A DNA stretch of 64,000 nt from an uncultured Spirochaetota bacterium (GTDB taxonomy: Bacteria > Spirochaetota > Spirochaetia > SZUA-6 > Fen-1364). The notes under the pieces were generated by a model. The model worked only from the letters and a program-made list of their open reading frames with translations. It made no database searches and was not told the DNA's origin. Position numbers and translations under genes: made by a program. Below, one piece after another: positions 47,619 to 58,039 of this stretch. The stretch is taken from contig CAWGAA010000001.1 of NCBI GenBank assembly GCA_963820525.1, positions 1,920,001 through 1,984,000 on the forward strand, given 5' to 3'. Positions within the stretch are counted from its first letter, which is position 1; the number at the start of each line of letters is the position of its first letter.

Positions 47619-49274
47619 ATGAAACCCGAGAGAGTCTTTGCTGTTCTTGCCTTTGCGATCCTGCTGGTAGCTTCGGCCGGCGCAGCCGCGTCCGACCCCC
47701 TCGACACGTGGAGCACAAACTTTGGCGCAACCACGGACGTTGCCGCGGCGGGGATAACCACGTGGATATCGGGGACACGCGTGTCAATCGACATGACAAA
47801 CGTCAATTCGGGTGGCAAGTCCGTCAGGACCTCCGGACCGGTAGGCGACTCGCATATACTGCAGCCGGTCTTCGCGTTCGGTGGCTTGACGGGCAGTGAC
47901 AAGATCGATCTTTCGGACAAGACCCTGGACGTAGAGATGTTCGTGCCAGGCGACTCGCCGCTGTCCTGGCTGGCCATCGAGGTGACGGCCGGGGATAGCT
48001 ACATCATTGTCAAAGGCAGCATAACCCCGCAAAAGGGCCGTTGGTGCAGCTACGAGGTGAATATTGCTATGGTTCTCGCGCTGGGTAGCTGGCAAACGTA
48101 CGACTGGATGCATTCTCCCAGCATTTCTTCCCATGGGGACGCCGTCAATCTGCTCAAATCCGCGCAGGCCATCAAGATAGACGCACAGGCCGATCCGGTG
48201 GTCAATAAGGCGATCGATGCCTATTTTCTGATTGACAGTGTGGGCTGGAAACCTTCCGATGCCATTGCCACGCCAGAGTTCTCTGCCTCCACGAGCGCCG
48301 AGCGCCCGGATGGCTTTCCCCGCCGGTTCCATGTGGAGGGGAACGCCTTTGTCGATCAGGCCGGTCAACGGAAGGTGTTCCGAGGCGTATCGATGCCCGC
48401 GGTTCGCCTGGCCATGATGCCGGACCCAGCCCAGCCGGAATGGAACGAGCACTATTTCCAGGTCATGGCGAATTGGGGCGCCGACGTCGTTCGGGTGCCC
48501 GTTGATCCCTTCAGTCTGCACCACGTTCCATGGGATTCCCTGACTACCGCCCTGGATCAGACCATCGCGTGGGCGGGCAAGAACAGGATGTACGTCATCA
48601 TCGACTTCCACTCCGGCGGCTCGATCGCGGAAAACTGGTACAACGGCTACAAGGAAGATCCCTATCTTACGACAAGTCTGAAGGAGTTCCTGGATTTCTG
48701 GGGCAAGATTTCCCTTCGCTATGCCAACAACGACATTGTTGCCTTCTATGAATTGTTCAACGAGCCGGCCAACCCGGCAAGTCCCCCGACAAAAGCCATG
48801 TGGGTGACATGGAAAGGGATTGCGGAGCAGGCCATCGCCGTCGTCCGCGCCAACGCTCCGGAGAAAACCATCCTGGTGGGCGGGTTGGCCTGGGGATACG
48901 ATCTGTCATTTGCCGCGGATGCGCCGGTTGCAGACGGCAATGTTGGCTATGTGACCCATCCCTATCCAAAATCGGCAATCTGGATCAGCAAGGATTGGGA
49001 TGACGCGTTCGGGAGACTGAGCGAGCGCTGCCCGGTCTTTGCGACGGAGATCGGCTATCAGAACGACATGAAGGATTTCGTAGACATCACGGTGAATGGC
49101 ACGCGCTACAGCAAGGCAATCGTTGATTACCTCGAGAAGCACCTCATCAGTTGGACCGCGTGGTGCTTCGATAACGTCTGGTTCACCTGTCTTCTGGCGG
49201 ACAGGAATTTCACGCCGACGCAGTCCGGAGCGTATTTCCGAGATCGATTGCTGGCCGCGAAACGGTCCCCGTGA
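47619..49274 (+). CDS. Secreted glycoside hydrolase family 5 with N-terminal accessory domain
   Basis: RBS AGGAGG, signal peptide, WGADVVRVP, IIDFH, ELFNEP acid/base, HPY, ATEIG nucleophile. Confidence 0.88.
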   Translation: MKPERVFAVLAFAILLVASAGAAASDPLDTWSTNFGATTDVAAAGITTWISGTRVSIDMTNVNSGGKSVRTSGPVGDSHILQPVFAFGGLTGSDKIDLSDKTLDVEMFVPGDSPLSWLAIEVTAGDSYIIVKGSITPQKGRWCSYEVNIAMVLALGSWQTYDWMHSPSISSHGDAVNLLKSAQAIKIDAQADPVVNKAIDAYFLIDSVGWKPSDAIATPEFSASTSAERPDGFPRRFHVEGNAFVDQAGQRKVFRGVSMPAVRLAMMPDPAQPEWNEHYFQVMANWGADVVRVPVDPFSLHHVPWDSLTTALDQTIAWAGKNRMYVIIDFHSGGSIAENWYNGYKEDPYLTTSLKEFLDFWGKISLRYANNDIVAFYELFNEPANPASPPTKAMWVTWKGIAEQAIAVVRANAPEKTILVGGLAWGYDLSFAADAPVADGNVGYVTHPYPKSAIWISKDWDDAFGRLSERCPVFATEIGYQNDMKDFVDITVNGTRYSKAIVDYLEKHLISWTAWCFDNVWFTCLLADRNFTPTQSGAYFRDRLLAAKRSP

Positions 49275-49311
49275 AGATGCCGAGAGGGATATTTGCCCCG
49301 TGAAGCGTTCG

Positions 49312-49375
49312 GGGACATAGGTAACAAAGAATTCCAGGGACATAGGTAACACTTATTCTGGGGACATGGGTAACA
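49312..49375 (+). repeat. Three direct repeats GGGACATRGGTAACA (IS481 end transposase-binding repeats)
   Basis: Copies at 49312, 49337 and 49361, just upstream of the IS481 transposase RBS. Confidence 0.8.
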
Positions 49376-49399
49376 CTTTCCTCGAGGAGGTGGCCTCCC

Positions 49400-50298
49400 A
49401 TGCCGTGGAAAGGGGTTACCGTGAGCGAGCAGAGAGAGAATTTTCTCCGCGACTACCATCTTCGGTACTACAGCCTTTCGGATCTGGCCGAACGCTATAG
49501 CATCTCAAGGAAAACAGCCTACAAATGGATTGATCGCTACGAGCAGCACGGAAAGGACGGACTCTAGGATCAGTCGCGCCGACCTTACAGCTGCCCGTGG
49601 CAGACTGAATCGTACATCGCGGAAGCTTTGATTGAGCTGAGGTTGGCTCATCTGAGCTGGGGTCCGCGGAAGCTGCTAGATGTTCTTGAACGTCGACATC
49701 GGCGTTGGGATCTGCCAGCTGCTTCCACGGTGGCTCAAATACTCAGCAACCATGGACTGATACGTCATAGAGTTCGTCACCGACGGGCTCATCCCGGGTG
49801 CCCCCAAAGTGTCGCGCAAGGACCCAACGACATCTGGGGGGCCGACTATAAGGGCCAGTTCCGGTTGGGAAATGGTGAGTACTGCTTCCCGCAGACGGTC
49901 AGCGATCTTGATGCGCGCTACCTGCTGGGGTGCGACGGGCACCAGTAGGTCAGCAAGGATATGACAAAGGCCCATTTTACAGGGCTTTTTCACACCTACG
50001 GTTTACCCCGGCGGATTCGCACCGACAACGGGGCCCCCTTTGCCTCCAACGCCTTGGGAAGGCTCTCGGGGTTGTCGGTGTGGTTCATAATGCTGGGGAT
50101 CTACCCTGAGCTCATTGAACCAGGACAACCTCAACAGAATGGGATCCATGAGCGGATGCATCGCACCTTGAAACAGGAGACCACGCACCCGCCGGCTCGC
50201 AATATGCAGCTGCAGCAGAAGAAGTTTGATGAGTTCCGAAAAGAGTTCAACGAGCAGCGGCCCCATGAGGCCCTGGGAATGAAGCGGCCGGCAGAGGT
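49400..50298 (+). pseudogene. IS481-family transposase pseudogene (two in-frame TAG, 3' truncated)
   Basis: MPWK...ISRKTAYKW, WGPRKL, W.ADYKG, IRTDNG.PF, ERMHRTLK, N..RPHEAL; TAG at 49565 and 49946. Confidence 0.88.
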
Positions 50299-50472
50299 TT
50301 CACCGCGCTGCATGAGGCGGTTCATAGCGGCAATGTCGAGTTCGTCCGCCTTTTGATACGAAGTGGAGCGGATCGCTTCGCCCGGGCAGAGACTGGGCAA
50401 ACACCTCAGGAAATGGCAAATCATCAGCCTCATGCCGAGATCCGCGAATTGCTCATGGAGAGCCTGGGCTGA
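50296..50472 (+). pseudogene. 3' remnant of an ankyrin-repeat gene
   Basis: GFTALHEAVHSGNVEFVRLLIRSGAD..A....GQTP..MA...EIRELL*, no start codon. Confidence 0.75.
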
Positions 50473-50678
50473 CTCTGAAGGCTGCGGGGGAGATTGGCAG
50501 CACGGGGCAATACAAAAGGATTTGGTGCGGCTCACGGGGCAAAACGCGCCGGATCGCTATTCCTCGCTTTCGTGGCGCTTGTCGTGTATCAAGGGGTATT
50601 CCTGATCTTCAACAGGGAGCCCCGCTGGAGCCGTCGTGTGGAGGCGCGACGGCTCATTCCAACAGCGGGGTCTGCCAT

Positions 50679-51122
50679 TCACCACAGCTGGGGAAGCGGC
50701 TGCCCAACCTCCAGCAGGGATTTCAGGCTCGAGAGCACCTTCGGCCATCCATCCGTGATGCCCTTCAGCATCTCGGAGCCGGGTTCGAGGCGATCGTGCG
50801 TCACAGTCAGGCGAACGACGCCGCGAAACGGCTCTATGTCGAACGTGACCCTCGTGTGCTTGTCCTCGCGTTTCTCATCGTCGGGGAAAGCCCATGATAA
50901 AACAAGTCTCCGAGGCGGGGAGTTTTCGATTACCCTTCCTACCATTTGGAGAGCTCCTTTCTTATCCGCGCTGCGATGTTCCCACCTCGAGCCGGTTTTC
51001 CAATCGGACAGATTCACATGCTGCCAATACTTCGTTGTTATCTCGGTGTCGAGAAGCGCGCTCCAGAGCTTCTCGGGCGTTGTCGAGATGTACGTGACAT
51101 ACACAAACTGAGGCTTATCCAT
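50679..51122 (-). CDS. SRPBCC/AHSA1 family protein
   Basis: MDKPQFVYVTYISTTPEKLW...GWPKVLSSLKSLLE. Confidence 0.9.
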   Translation of the reverse strand: MDKPQFVYVTYISTTPEKLWSALLDTEITTKYWQHVNLSDWKTGSRWEHRSADKKGALQMVGRVIENSPPRRLVLSWAFPDDEKREDKHTRVTFDIEPFRGVVRLTVTHDRLEPGSEMLKGITDGWPKVLSSLKSLLEVGQPLPQLW

Positions 51123-51438
51123 GCTTGTCTCCTTCCGCTCTGTTCTTGAGCTCGTGCAATATGTCCTGGTGACGCCGTTCATATTTTTCAATCCAACGCT
51201 CGTACATCTCGTGAATGGGTACGGGGTTGAGATAGTGCAGTTTTTCACGCCCCCGGCGGATTGTCGCAACGAGATTGGCGTCCTCCAGCCGCCGCAGATG
51301 CTGCGTCACCGCCTGTCGGGTCATGGTGAGGCGCTTGCACAGGCTCCCGAGCGTCTGTCCATTGTCGGCTCGAAGGCTGTCCAAGAGACGCCTTCGTGTC
51401 GGATCGGCGAGCGCCTTGAATACCCTATCCACGTCCAC
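51115..51438 (-). CDS. ArsR family transcriptional regulator
   Basis: FKALADPTRR, MTRQAVTQHL..LE, GREKLHYLN; start is approximate. Confidence 0.9.
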   Translation of the reverse strand: MDVDRVFKALADPTRRRLLDSLRADNGQTLGSLCKRLTMTRQAVTQHLRRLEDANLVATIRRGREKLHYLNPVPIHEMYERWIEKYERRHQDILHELKNRAEGDKHG

Positions 51439-51562
51439 AGTCCCAATATATGCAAGAAAATGCTTGCATGTCAAATTCTGGCACGACCGAAAGCACGACG
51501 GATCTGCAACCCTTTGACGCCGAAGGCTCGTTCATTGTAGACTGTTACCGGAGCCCCAATCG

Positions 51563-52198
51563 ATGTTTTCCCCATCGACGTTGTCCGTATTCGTTCTTGC
51601 GGCGCTTGGCTTGTTGGTAATACCGGGTCCGGCAGTCTTGTACATTGTTACCAGAAGCGCGGCGCAAGGCCGCCGCGCAGGGCTCGCTTCAGTCCTCGGG
51701 ATAGAACTCGGAAGCCTCGTCCATTCAATTGCGGCCGCCATAGGCCTTTCAGCCATCCTTATGACATCAGCCCTCGCCTTCACCATAGTCAAATACGTCG
51801 GCTCGGCTTATCTTGTATACCTTGGCATTCGAACGCTCTTGACAAAGACAGATGCTGCCCAGCAGCTCAGCGCTCCTTCGCGCACCTATATGCAGCTCTT
51901 CGGGAAAGGATTTCTGGTAAACTTGCTGAACCCGAAGACGGCCCTTTTCTTTTATGCTTTCCTTCCTCAATTCGTGGATCCATCCCGTGGCACAGCGGTA
52001 CAGCAGATTCTCTTCCTGGGAGCATTGTTCGTGATTCTGGCAACATGCACCGACAGCACATACGCACTCATTGGATCGAGCGTAGGCAAGTTCGTTACGC
52101 GATGGCCAAACTATGGAAAATTCCAGCGTTATATTACGGGGGGAATCTATATAGCACTCGGAGTCGCGGCAGCCACATCGGGACATGGCAAGGATTGA
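51563..52198 (+). CDS. LysE/RhtB family translocator
   Basis: IPGPAVLYIV, G.RAG, NLLNPKTALFF.AFLPQF. Confidence 0.92.
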   Translation: MFSPSTLSVFVLAALGLLVIPGPAVLYIVTRSAAQGRRAGLASVLGIELGSLVHSIAAAIGLSAILMTSALAFTIVKYVGSAYLVYLGIRTLLTKTDAAQQLSAPSRTYMQLFGKGFLVNLLNPKTALFFYAFLPQFVDPSRGTAVQQILFLGALFVILATCTDSTYALIGSSVGKFVTRWPNYGKFQRYITGGIYIALGVAAATSGHGKD

Positions 52199-52229
52199 CG
52201 TGTAAGCCTCATCAGAATGGAGGGAGAGT

Positions 52230-52661
52230 ATGAAGGAAAAGAGAACGGGAGAACTGGTTGCCGGGATCATCGGGAACATCCTCGCAATCGTCATCATCAA
52301 CACCGCCCTTCTCTGGAGACAATGGACGCACGGCGTTGTCCTGGAAAGCTGGGTAGACATCCTCTGGGCGGCCAATCTCTCCCTCTTGGTACAGATTGCC
52401 GGCAACCTGATTCTCGTATTCTATCGTCCGCCAAGGGCGTATTGGCTTTTTCAGGCACTGTTCGCCGCTGTCGGCTTGGTTTCGCTCATCGTATTCTATA
52501 TCGTATTTCCTCTCGACTTCTCACAGCTGGTCGGTATCTGGCTCAATACGCTTCTCAAGATAATCATGATCATCGGGATGATCGGGACGCTTATCGGATT
52601 CGTCGTCCATCTGGTTCGGCTTGTTTTGGGAAAGCCTTATGCAGAGACTGCGAATAAATAG
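52230..52661 (+). CDS. Hypothetical membrane protein
   Basis: RBS GGAG, four hydrophobic segments. Confidence 0.7.
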   Translation: MKEKRTGELVAGIIGNILAIVIINTALLWRQWTHGVVLESWVDILWAANLSLLVQIAGNLILVFYRPPRAYWLFQALFAAVGLVSLIVFYIVFPLDFSQLVGIWLNTLLKIIMIIGMIGTLIGFVVHLVRLVLGKPYAETANK

Positions 52662-52679
52662 GCTTCGATCGCGTACTTT

Positions 52680-53066
52680 CTAATTCCGCGATGGAAAGAT
52701 GAGTCCCCTGAGCCAGCCAAGGAGAACGATCAGGAGACCGAGAAGGATCATCCACCAGAAATTGAACCAGGCACCCGCGGCCATAACCAGGAATCCGAGA
52801 AATCGAACGCCCTGCATCGCGGCGGACATGTACCGCTTTATATATCGACCGAAGGAAGTGTCGCGGTATCTGTCGAGGGCAGCAAACCTGATGAGAACCA
52901 GTGAAGCAAGTATCGATGGTACCAGAGAGACCGCTATCGCAGCGGCCCACAAGTAATGCCAGAAAAGATACAGTGAGAAGGGCGTGGTTCCCCAGTCGAT
53001 CAAAAGTTTCGCGGGATGGATTTGATGATAAAGCTGTTTCTCTTGCCTCGTCATTCTTCTGCTCAA
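52680..53066 (-). CDS. Hypothetical membrane protein
   Basis: EK.LYHQIHP.KL..D followed by hydrophobic segments. Confidence 0.7.
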   Translation of the reverse strand: MSRRMTRQEKQLYHQIHPAKLLIDWGTTPFSLYLFWHYLWAAAIAVSLVPSILASLVLIRFAALDRYRDTSFGRYIKRYMSAAMQGVRFLGFLVMAAGAWFNFWWMILLGLLIVLLGWLRGLIFPSRN

Positions 53067-53248
53067 AGATAGGCAAAGCAGACGTGAAAGAGAAGCTGCC
53101 GGCTCGCACCCCCGCAGTCGAAGGCACCGAGCTTTCCCAGGTTGCGTTCACTGGTACGGCGATGTAAGATATGAAGGGTTAATTCAGAGAAAGAAGCATA
53201 CGGCGCCTCTGATAAACGATAGACTGCACCGTACGGCGGTGCCCTCAG

Positions 53249-53893
53249 ATGGACAACGTATTCATCAAATACATCCAGGATGGGAAGATCCACACCCTCG
53301 GAGAGTTGAAAAGAGTCTACCGGAGAGCTGTCATGAAGACTCATCCGGACAGCGTCGGCTCGGAACGGCTTGTCGGCAAATTCATCGAATTCGGCGGCCA
53401 GTACGAGGAAGCGAAGCGATTCCTGGGGAGGCTTGCGCCTGCCGAAATCGAAAAAACTCAAGAGCACAATTTCCGTTTGTCGTTCTTCCAGGAATTGAAG
53501 AAGCTTCATGCTCTTGAGTTGTCATTCACCGTGGGAAGGCGATCCAATGAGGAGAGAATGGGGCTGGCGCGAGATGAGGCCCTCAGCTGCTTTTTGAAAT
53601 GGAAGGGTGACTGCTCTGATCTCTATCTGGCAGCAGCCCGCGAATACGAGCAGGTAAGAAAGGAAAAACCGGCGGGCCCGTACAGGAAACATGAATTGTA
53701 TTTCAACCTTCGGCCGGTTTTCCATAATATCATCTTCTACCATCTCACTGCGGTCGAGTTCTATCGCAGGCAAATGAGACAGAACTTATCCGCCATCATG
53801 CAGCGCCTGGAGGAAAGAAATCTTCTGGCTCTGCGGGACTTCCTTCGACTGCTGATCGACGATGTCGAAAATGGACCGGCGCTCCTTGGGTAG
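53249..53893 (+). CDS. Hypothetical protein with J-domain-like N-terminus
   Basis: ELKRVYRRAVMKTHPD motif. Confidence 0.6.
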   Translation: MDNVFIKYIQDGKIHTLGELKRVYRRAVMKTHPDSVGSERLVGKFIEFGGQYEEAKRFLGRLAPAEIEKTQEHNFRLSFFQELKKLHALELSFTVGRRSNEERMGLARDEALSCFLKWKGDCSDLYLAAAREYEQVRKEKPAGPYRKHELYFNLRPVFHNIIFYHLTAVEFYRRQMRQNLSAIMQRLEERNLLALRDFLRLLIDDVENGPALLG

Positions 53894-53965
53894 CCGGGCG
53901 CTTTTGGAGGCAACCGCGCATGGACATCAGCCCGGACGCTGCCCGGGCCATGTAGGAGGGCGACC

Positions 53966-54445
53966 ATGAAAGCGTTGGTCATTTACGATTCCATCTATGG
54001 AAACACCCAGAGCATTGCCCGCTCAATCGGCAAAGCTCTGGGTCCTCGGGAAGACGTCGAAACGGTCAAAGTCAGCGACGTGAAAGAGCAGCAGATAGCC
54101 GAAACGGATCTGCTGGTAGTCGGCTCCCCAACGAGGGCGTTCAGGCCTACAAGACCGGTGAGCGATTTTCTGAAGAAGCTTCCGGCAAACGCCATCAGGG
54201 GTCTCAAAGTGGCCGCTTTTGACACACGAATATCGCTCACCGATATCACGTCTCCCGTTCTCCGCAGATTCCTGGGTCTCTTCGGCTATGCTTCTCAGCC
54301 CATTGCAAATGGGCTGCGGAAAAAAGGCGGAGAGCTCATCATGCCTCCAGAAGGTTTCTTTGTAGAAGCGTCGGAAGGTCCGCTCAAAGACGGAGAGCTC
54401 CTGAGAGCCGAGCAATGGGCACGGCAGATCGCAAATAGGCTCTAG
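53966..54445 (+). CDS. Flavodoxin family protein
   Basis: YDSIYGNT, VGSPT, AAFDTR. Confidence 0.9.
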   Translation: MKALVIYDSIYGNTQSIARSIGKALGPREDVETVKVSDVKEQQIAETDLLVVGSPTRAFRPTRPVSDFLKKLPANAIRGLKVAAFDTRISLTDITSPVLRRFLGLFGYASQPIANGLRKKGGELIMPPEGFFVEASEGPLKDGELLRAEQWARQIANRL

Positions 54446-54531
54446 ATCACAAGGCCCTCGGCCCGAGCGAGAATTGCCCGCCTTCTCCGCCCCGGCTGTT
54501 CCACCATGCGATACCTGCATATATTTGTCCC

Positions 54532-54960
54532 ATGAAGACGACACACATCGCTCAGGCCAGCATCGCCATTCAAGCGAATGCGGAGAGAGTATGGGATGCC
54601 CTGACCAATCCCGAGCTCATCAAGCAATACCTCTTCGGTACCGACGCGCGCTCGGATTGGAAGGTCGGCAGCTCCATTACCTACAAAGGCGTCTGGAAGG
54701 GCAAGCCGTATGAAGACAAGGGCAAAATCCTGGAACTTGTACCGAACAGATTGCTGAAATCCACGTTCTGGAGCCAGTTATCCGGGCTGGCCGACAAGCC
54801 GGAAAACTACAATACGATCACGTGGGAGCTTGCGGAAACCAACGGCGAAACCACGCTCACCATCACTCAGGACAACAATCCGACCAAAGAATCCGTAAGC
54901 CATTCGGAAGGCAATTGGGCTTCGGTTCTCAAGGCCATGAAGGATCTCCTGGAAAAGTAG
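54532..54960 (+). CDS. SRPBCC domain protein
   Basis: VWDALTNPELIKQY, SDWKVGS, NW..VL..MK.LLE. Confidence 0.9.
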   Translation: MKTTHIAQASIAIQANAERVWDALTNPELIKQYLFGTDARSDWKVGSSITYKGVWKGKPYEDKGKILELVPNRLLKSTFWSQLSGLADKPENYNTITWELAETNGETTLTITQDNNPTKESVSHSEGNWASVLKAMKDLLEK

Positions 54961-54986
54961 CAGCGGCACCCTTCTCTGGGCTCGGC

Positions 54987-55181
54987 TTACTCCTCCGGTA
55001 TCACGAGCCAGAGGATCAGATAGACCAGGATTCCGGGAAATGCAGCCGAGACCACGGAGATGATGACATAGAGAAGCCGCGCGAGGGTGGGATCGATGCC
55101 GATGTACTCGGCGATCCCTCCGACGACGCCTCCAAACATCCGGTTTGTCCCGGATCTCCGCAGGGGTTTCTTGACATCCAT
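54987..55181 (-). CDS. PspC domain protein
   Basis: LRRS..NRMFGGVVGGIAEY.GIDPT..R...YLILWLVIPEE. Confidence 0.9.
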   Translation of the reverse strand: MDVKKPLRRSGTNRMFGGVVGGIAEYIGIDPTLARLLYVIISVVSAAFPGILVYLILWLVIPEE

Positions 55182-55495
55182 TCAGTGCCCTCCTTTCGTC
55201 ACATCATTGAACACGGGACCAGGCGCCCGTCGACACCCACGGGTCAATGGTCCTTACGAGAGCAATTCATGATCACCACCAACGCATCGATAAGCGGCCA
55301 TTTCATCTTCACCACGAGGCCAGGATCTCATCCCCGCGGGATTTCGACGGCGATCTCCTGGATTGGCTGAAGAAGGCGTATAGGATCAGCGGCAGATCCT
55401 GCCGCATCACCTCGAGGCGAACCGCATGAACAAGTGCGCCGCCGCCGAGCACCGGCGACGACGCACCCAAGCATCCACTCCCTTGATCCGCCAGC

Positions 55496-57244
55496 TCACC
55501 TCAGGGCAAACTGTATGGCCTGCCCTGCAACGATATACCAGGTGACGAAAAGCCCATTGATGAAGGCGCCCGCATAGACACGGCCCGTTTTCTCGTAGAA
55601 CCAGGTCGAGATGATCGAGGCGACAATCATGAGAGGCAGGAACTGGATGGCCACGATCGTGTTCAGCGGCTGATCCGGGCTCAGGAGCATTCCATTGGCG
55701 AAGAGCGGAATATATTCCAGAAGCAGAAACACGAGAAACCCGCCCGCCATGATTCCCATGTTGGCCAGATAGCGCACCCCAGCCTTCGCCTTTGGCAGAC
55801 GGAACTCGGCATGCAGCGTGATCGAGGAGATCAGAAAGAACGCGGCGAAGGGCAGGAGATATCGCAGGAAGATGCCGAACTGCAGGGGGCTCATGGGCTT
55901 GAGGGCGAGCACCCAGAAGCGGAAATCGATCTTGAAGAAATAGCCGGCAAGGGAAATGAGCACGCAGCCTGCAAAGACGATAGCGACCGCAAATAGGGCA
56001 TCAAGCCAGATGAATCCCCATTCACCCTTGTCCCCTCCCGCCAGCCCATAGGTGGCGGAAGTGGCGCCCTGCTTCCTGTTGGAAAACGCGTGCCAGAGAA
56101 CGAAGAGGATCAGGAAAATCGCGCCATTCATGAGAGCCCAGACCATGATCTGGCTGGTTATCGTCTGGGGGAAGAGCCACGACGCCTTCACGTTCGCGCC
56201 AAGAGTCATGAAGGTGTAGAAGGAGACGACCGGGATGGCGGCCGCGAAGGCGGCGGAGACCCACCAGGCGAAGCCGTTGATCGGTTTCGCCTCCGGAACA
56301 GGCCGGGCGAGCCGGGCGAAAGTCCTGGTTCCAAGCAGGGAGCGCCCCATTCCGAGAAGGAAGAAAACCAGACCGATGAAGCCGACCAGGGTTGCAAGCT
56401 CTTTCCAGATCCACACCTGGTTTCCGGTGGCCAGGGTTTGCCCGCCTGTGAGCGTCTGGGAAAACCAGCCGAGCGCGTAGCCGATTGCGACGTTGGACAG
56501 ATGATCTCCGGGATGGGTCGTCACCGGCACGTAGAGGACTCGCGCCGATCCGTCCACGATCGATCCGTAGAGCTTTCCCGGCTCGATATCGGTTGCGACC
56601 CCGAAGACTTTCTTCAGTTTTTCGCTTTTCACCGCGTCGGCGGCCTTCGGGATGCTCCACATGAGCTGGGAGAACTCGTCGTACTTGCTGTACACAACGG
56701 CAAGATTCCTCGGCCAGGCGGGGCTGCCCTCAGCAGCGAACGGAGCGCCGGTGGAGGAGCCTTCCAGCACGACTGATTTGTATTCCTTCTGCATGACCGC
56801 GGCGGCGGCGAGGATCGTCCACCCCCCCATGGAGTGTCCTTCCATGCCGATGTTATCCTTGTCCACAATGTCCAGCGACCGGAGAAACTTTAGCCCATCG
56901 GGCCCGCCGAACCCGTTGGCGAAGGCCGGCGGATCCGAGTAGCCGTGGCCCGTCTGGTCCAGGGCGAGAACAACGTAGCCGCGCCGGGCAAGCTCGATGG
57001 CAAAGCCGGACTGCGTCTCCCGCGAGTTGATGTAGCCATGGACCGCGAGGATGGCAGGCGCCGGAGTCTTGGGCGTTGCGGTCTTGGGCACGTAGAGCAG
57101 GCCGCTCATGAGCGTCCCGTTCGCCCCCATGAAGCGGACATCGCGGATCGCAACGCTCCCCCCGTTCGTCTGGATGATCCACCCCACGACGCCGGCGACG
57201 ATCACCAGCGCTACTCCGAGGATAAGAAAGAGGTTCCGTTTCAT
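55496..57244 (-). CDS. Membrane-bound alpha/beta hydrolase
   Basis: HGY, GHG.S, GHSMGG, multiple C-terminal transmembrane helices. Confidence 0.85.
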   Translation of the reverse strand: MKRNLFLILGVALVIVAGVVGWIIQTNGGSVAIRDVRFMGANGTLMSGLLYVPKTATPKTPAPAILAVHGYINSRETQSGFAIELARRGYVVLALDQTGHGYSDPPAFANGFGGPDGLKFLRSLDIVDKDNIGMEGHSMGGWTILAAAAVMQKEYKSVVLEGSSTGAPFAAEGSPAWPRNLAVVYSKYDEFSQLMWSIPKAADAVKSEKLKKVFGVATDIEPGKLYGSIVDGSARVLYVPVTTHPGDHLSNVAIGYALGWFSQTLTGGQTLATGNQVWIWKELATLVGFIGLVFFLLGMGRSLLGTRTFARLARPVPEAKPINGFAWWVSAAFAAAIPVVSFYTFMTLGANVKASWLFPQTITSQIMVWALMNGAIFLILFVLWHAFSNRKQGATSATYGLAGGDKGEWGFIWLDALFAVAIVFAGCVLISLAGYFFKIDFRFWVLALKPMSPLQFGIFLRYLLPFAAFFLISSITLHAEFRLPKAKAGVRYLANMGIMAGGFLVFLLLEYIPLFANGMLLSPDQPLNTIVAIQFLPLMIVASIISTWFYEKTGRVYAGAFINGLFVTWYIVAGQAIQFALR

Positions 57245-57340
57245 CGAAATCCTCCTTATAATTGTGGATTGCTTATTCTATACCCTGGATTGCACGCTGT
57301 CCATGATTATTGCAGGATCATAGCGAGGAGGATCCCCCTC

Positions 57341-58039
57341 ATGCCCGACTATGCCGACATCTTCACCAACCATGCGGCCAAATATGACCTGCTGGTATCA
57401 CGGGAAGACTATCAGAACAACCTTTTCACAACGATCAACAGCCTGTACCTGCTGCAGAAGAGCTACGACGCGGCCGACCTTGGAGCTGGCACGGGGAGGG
57501 TCTCGTTCGTTCTGGCTCCCCACGTGAGGCATATCTATGGAATCGAAGTGTCGAAGGGCATGATCGGCCAGGCAAGAACCAGGCAGGCGCGGCAGGGAGT
57601 GGATAACATAGAGTTCAGGGAAGGAAGCCACCTCTCGATCCCATTGCCCGATCACTGCGTGGATCTCGTCGTCGAAGGATGGAGCTTCGGCTATCTCGCC
57701 GTTCAAAGCAAGGAAGAGTGGCGGCCGAACATCGAAAGGGTTTTCGCGGAGGTGGAAAGAATCGTCAGATCCAATGGAATCATCATTGTCATCGAGACTT
57801 TGGGAACGATGAGGGAGCAGCCGCAGCCGCCCGCAAACCTTCGGCCTTTCTACGATCACCTCGAACAGCGATTGGGGTTCGCCAAGAAGCAGATCCGAAC
57901 CGATTACAGGTTCCAGTCGATCGAGGAGGCTGTGGACCTCATATCGTTCTTCTTTGGAGAAGAGATGGGGCGGGAAACAAAGGCCAGAAACAGCGTTATC
58001 GTTCCGGAATGCACGGGAGTCTGGTACAAATACACGTGA
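57341..58039 (+). CDS. Class I SAM-dependent methyltransferase
   Basis: RBS GAGGAGG; DLGAGTGR motif I. Confidence 0.88.
   Translation: MPDYADIFTNHAAKYDLLVSREDYQNNLFTTINSLYLLQKSYDAADLGAGTGRVSFVLAPHVRHIYGIEVSKGMIGQARTRQARQGVDNIEFREGSHLSIPLPDHCVDLVVEGWSFGYLAVQSKEEWRPNIERVFAEVERIVRSNGIIIVIETLGTMREQPQPPANLRPFYDHLEQRLGFAKKQIRTDYRFQSIEEAVDLISFFFGEEMGRETKARNSVIVPECTGVWYKYT

Noticed and set aside
49312..49375. Three 15-bp repeats as a mini-CRISPR or iterons
   Set aside because: Spacers are only 9-10 bp and they sit at the end of an IS481 element, as expected for transposase-binding repeats.
49400..50298. Two in-frame TAG codons as amber recoding
   Set aside because: TAG is the normal stop for many genes in this window and the element is also truncated; simple decay is more likely.
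55247..55429. Short ORF with HHEARISSPRDFDGDLLDWLKKAY, possibly a remnant of a DUF5655-like gene
   Set aside because: Too short and lacking a credible start to call without a search.
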